This document shows positions 56,062 to 57,572 of a DNA stretch of 57,572 bases, one piece after another (within the stretch, counting starts at the first letter, position 1; each line of letters opens with the position of its first letter). Below the pieces are notes generated by a model. That model did no database searches. It was not told where the DNA came from and saw only the letters and a list, made by a program, of their open reading frames with translations. The position numbers and the translations under genes are program-made. Origin of the DNA: Sphingobacteriia bacterium (GTDB taxonomy: Bacteria > Bacteroidota > Bacteroidia > Bacteroidales > UBA7960); NCBI GenBank assembly GCA_041642035.1, contig JBEPXC010000002.1, positions 1 to 57,572 of the forward strand, read 5' to 3'.

Positions 56062-56928
56062 ATGAAAGAAATCATTGTAGGGATTGATTTTTCTAGATCA
56101 TCTATTCAGGCACTTCAGTATGCCCTGAAAATGGCCGAAACTTGCGGATGTAAACTTAAGCTGGTTTATGTGAGTAAAGAAAGAGATAAGGAATCTTATT
56201 TCATAAGAGATGAGAAAGGGATAGAGACAAACATTCTTGATAGCTTCAAAAAACTCATACAGGAAACTCAGGAACCGGTCAAAGAACGTATTTCATACAA
56301 GATTTTGCATGGAAAAATATGGGATGAAATCACCAATCAGGCAAAATATACCGATGCAGAAATGATTATATCCGGAGCTCATGGTATGTCGGGGTTTGAA
56401 GAACTCTGGGTAGGAAACAACGCGATGAAAATAGTTGCTCACTCAGAGAAACCAGTCTTATGCGTAAAAAAGAATTTTAAATTAAAGGATCCCATCATTG
56501 AAAAAATTGTTATCCCCATTGATGATACCCAAGGAACCTTGCTGAAGATTCCCTTCACCCTTCAAATCGCCAGAAACTTTAAAGCTCAGATTAATGTGTT
56601 GTCCGTATACAACATAAAACACAAGAATAATCAAGCCATAGTAAATGAGAATACCCTCCAGGCCATGACTATTATTGCAGATAGCGGTTTAAGATATATC
56701 AATGAGAAAAAAACAAGCGACAATACAGCTAAAACCACCATTGAATATGCTCTCAAGCGTCATGCGGACCTAATATCCATAATCACCGAAAATGAATCGG
56801 CACACAGCATTTTTATGGGATCCATGCCACAGCAAATCATCAACCAAAGCCCTGTTCCTGTGCTTAGTTTTCGCTCAAATGTAAGGTTTAAAACCAACAA
56901 ATTGTCCAAAAGGGTGGCTCAGGAATAA
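56062..56928 (+). CDS. universal stress protein (tandem UspA domains)
   Basis: 288 aa with two Usp-like halves. The first carries GAHGMSGFEELWVGNNAMKIVAHSEKPVL. Confidence 0.82.
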   Translation: MKEIIVGIDFSRSSIQALQYALKMAETCGCKLKLVYVSKERDKESYFIRDEKGIETNILDSFKKLIQETQEPVKERISYKILHGKIWDEITNQAKYTDAEMIISGAHGMSGFEELWVGNNAMKIVAHSEKPVLCVKKNFKLKDPIIEKIVIPIDDTQGTLLKIPFTLQIARNFKAQINVLSVYNIKHKNNQAIVNENTLQAMTIIADSGLRYINEKKTSDNTAKTTIEYALKRHADLISIITENESAHSIFMGSMPQQIINQSPVPVLSFRSNVRFKTNKLSKRVAQE

Positions 56929-57000
56929 CAGACAATATAAATCGAGCATTGCCGTTTTTATGGGGTAAAAAGTAGGTATTAATGATATAAATGAAATCTT

Positions 57001-57572
57001 GTGAAGAAATACTTTTATCCTTTCTTGTTCTGCCTTTCACCCCTTCTGATAAGTATATTTTCATTGATAAGTATACCTGCTAAAGCTCAAACCCAGAGTG
57101 GAAGAGTATATGAATTTTTAAATCTTCCTTCTACAGCACGCATAACAGCACTGGGAGGTTATGCTGTACCGGGTTTTGATAATGACCTTGGTATGGCTTT
57201 ATATTATCCGTCCCTCATTAATAAAGAACTCAACAGCCAGCTATCCCTCAATTTTGTAGACTACTTTGGCGATATCAGCTATGGTACTGCTGCTTTTAAT
57301 CATGGATTTGAGAAAGCTGGAATGTTTACCATGGCCGTTCAATACCTTAGTTACGGCAAATTTACCGAAGCCGATGAATTTGGGAATCTTTTGGGAGAAT
57401 TTAATGCCAATGAATATGCCATTAGCATAGGTTGGGGCAGACCACTCTCCGATAAATTCAGCATCGGGAGCAATTTAAAAGCCATAATATCCCAATTTGA
57501 ACAATACTCATCCTTTGCTCTGGCAGCAGATGTTTCAATAGCATATTTTGATCGCCAGCGAATGATTGCCAG
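57001..57572 (+). CDS. porQ: type IX secretion system PorQ-like outer-membrane protein (3' end cut by window edge)
   Basis: Not in the ORF track because it has no stop. A GTG start gives VKKYFYPFLFCLSPLLISIFSLISIPAKAQ (signal peptide), then GRVYEFLNLPSTARITALGGYAVPGFDNDLGMALYYPSLIN...LSLNFVDYFGDISYG. This matches my recollection of the PorQ N-terminus. Confidence 0.6.
   Translation, partial: MKKYFYPFLFCLSPLLISIFSLISIPAKAQTQSGRVYEFLNLPSTARITALGGYAVPGFDNDLGMALYYPSLINKELNSQLSLNFVDYFGDISYGTAAFNHGFEKAGMFTMAVQYLSYGKFTEADEFGNLLGEFNANEYAISIGWGRPLSDKFSIGSNLKAIISQFEQYSSFALAADVSIAYFDRQRMIA

Overview
This is a 57.6-kb chromosomal segment with clear Bacteroidota hallmarks: a T9SS C-terminal sorting domain plus a PorQ-like gene, the lepB-dapB-DUF5683-parB-parA block, DUF1573, the long-form IspG, a divergent tsaD/tamB pair, and TAnnTTTG promoter-like boxes. 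I call 44 protein genes, and most are housekeeping. They include thrA-thrB-thrC, gltB-gltD, a beta-oxidation trio (crotonase, 3-hydroxyacyl-CoA dehydrogenase, thiolase), ispG, a lipid A-type acyltransferase, an acyl-CoA ligase, yjbQ, cyoE, arginine decarboxylase, nusB-DUF1573-yajC-YbbR-like-coaE, sucD, a tandem Usp protein and porQ (3' truncated). I saw no rRNA, tRNA, CRISPR array, transposase, integrase or recognisable defence genes.

Items that are not routine:
- Best candidate for an undescribed system: a tightly coupled three-gene operon at 32362-34883. It encodes an HlyD-like periplasmic adaptor, a VTC-type (Vtc4-like) polyphosphate-polymerase tunnel-domain protein and a DUF4956 membrane protein, with no cognate pump. 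It sits behind a 1-kb AT-rich gap that holds a frameshifted TupA-like ATP-grasp gene remnant.
- Two DUF3494 (ice-binding-like) surface or secreted proteins with different architectures.
- A family of mosaic intergenic repeat modules: a ~140-bp element in two copies, heptamer and hexamer microsatellites, a 26-nt hairpin in two orientations, and a 24-bp tandem array abutting a stop codon.
- A compact promoter / 29-codon ORF / strong terminator unit whose body is a run of SD-like GAGGTT hexamers.
- A hairpin plus 11-bp phased repeat array in a long convergent spacer.

All family names come from recognising motifs in the translations by eye. No database search was possible, so they need HMM or BLAST confirmation.
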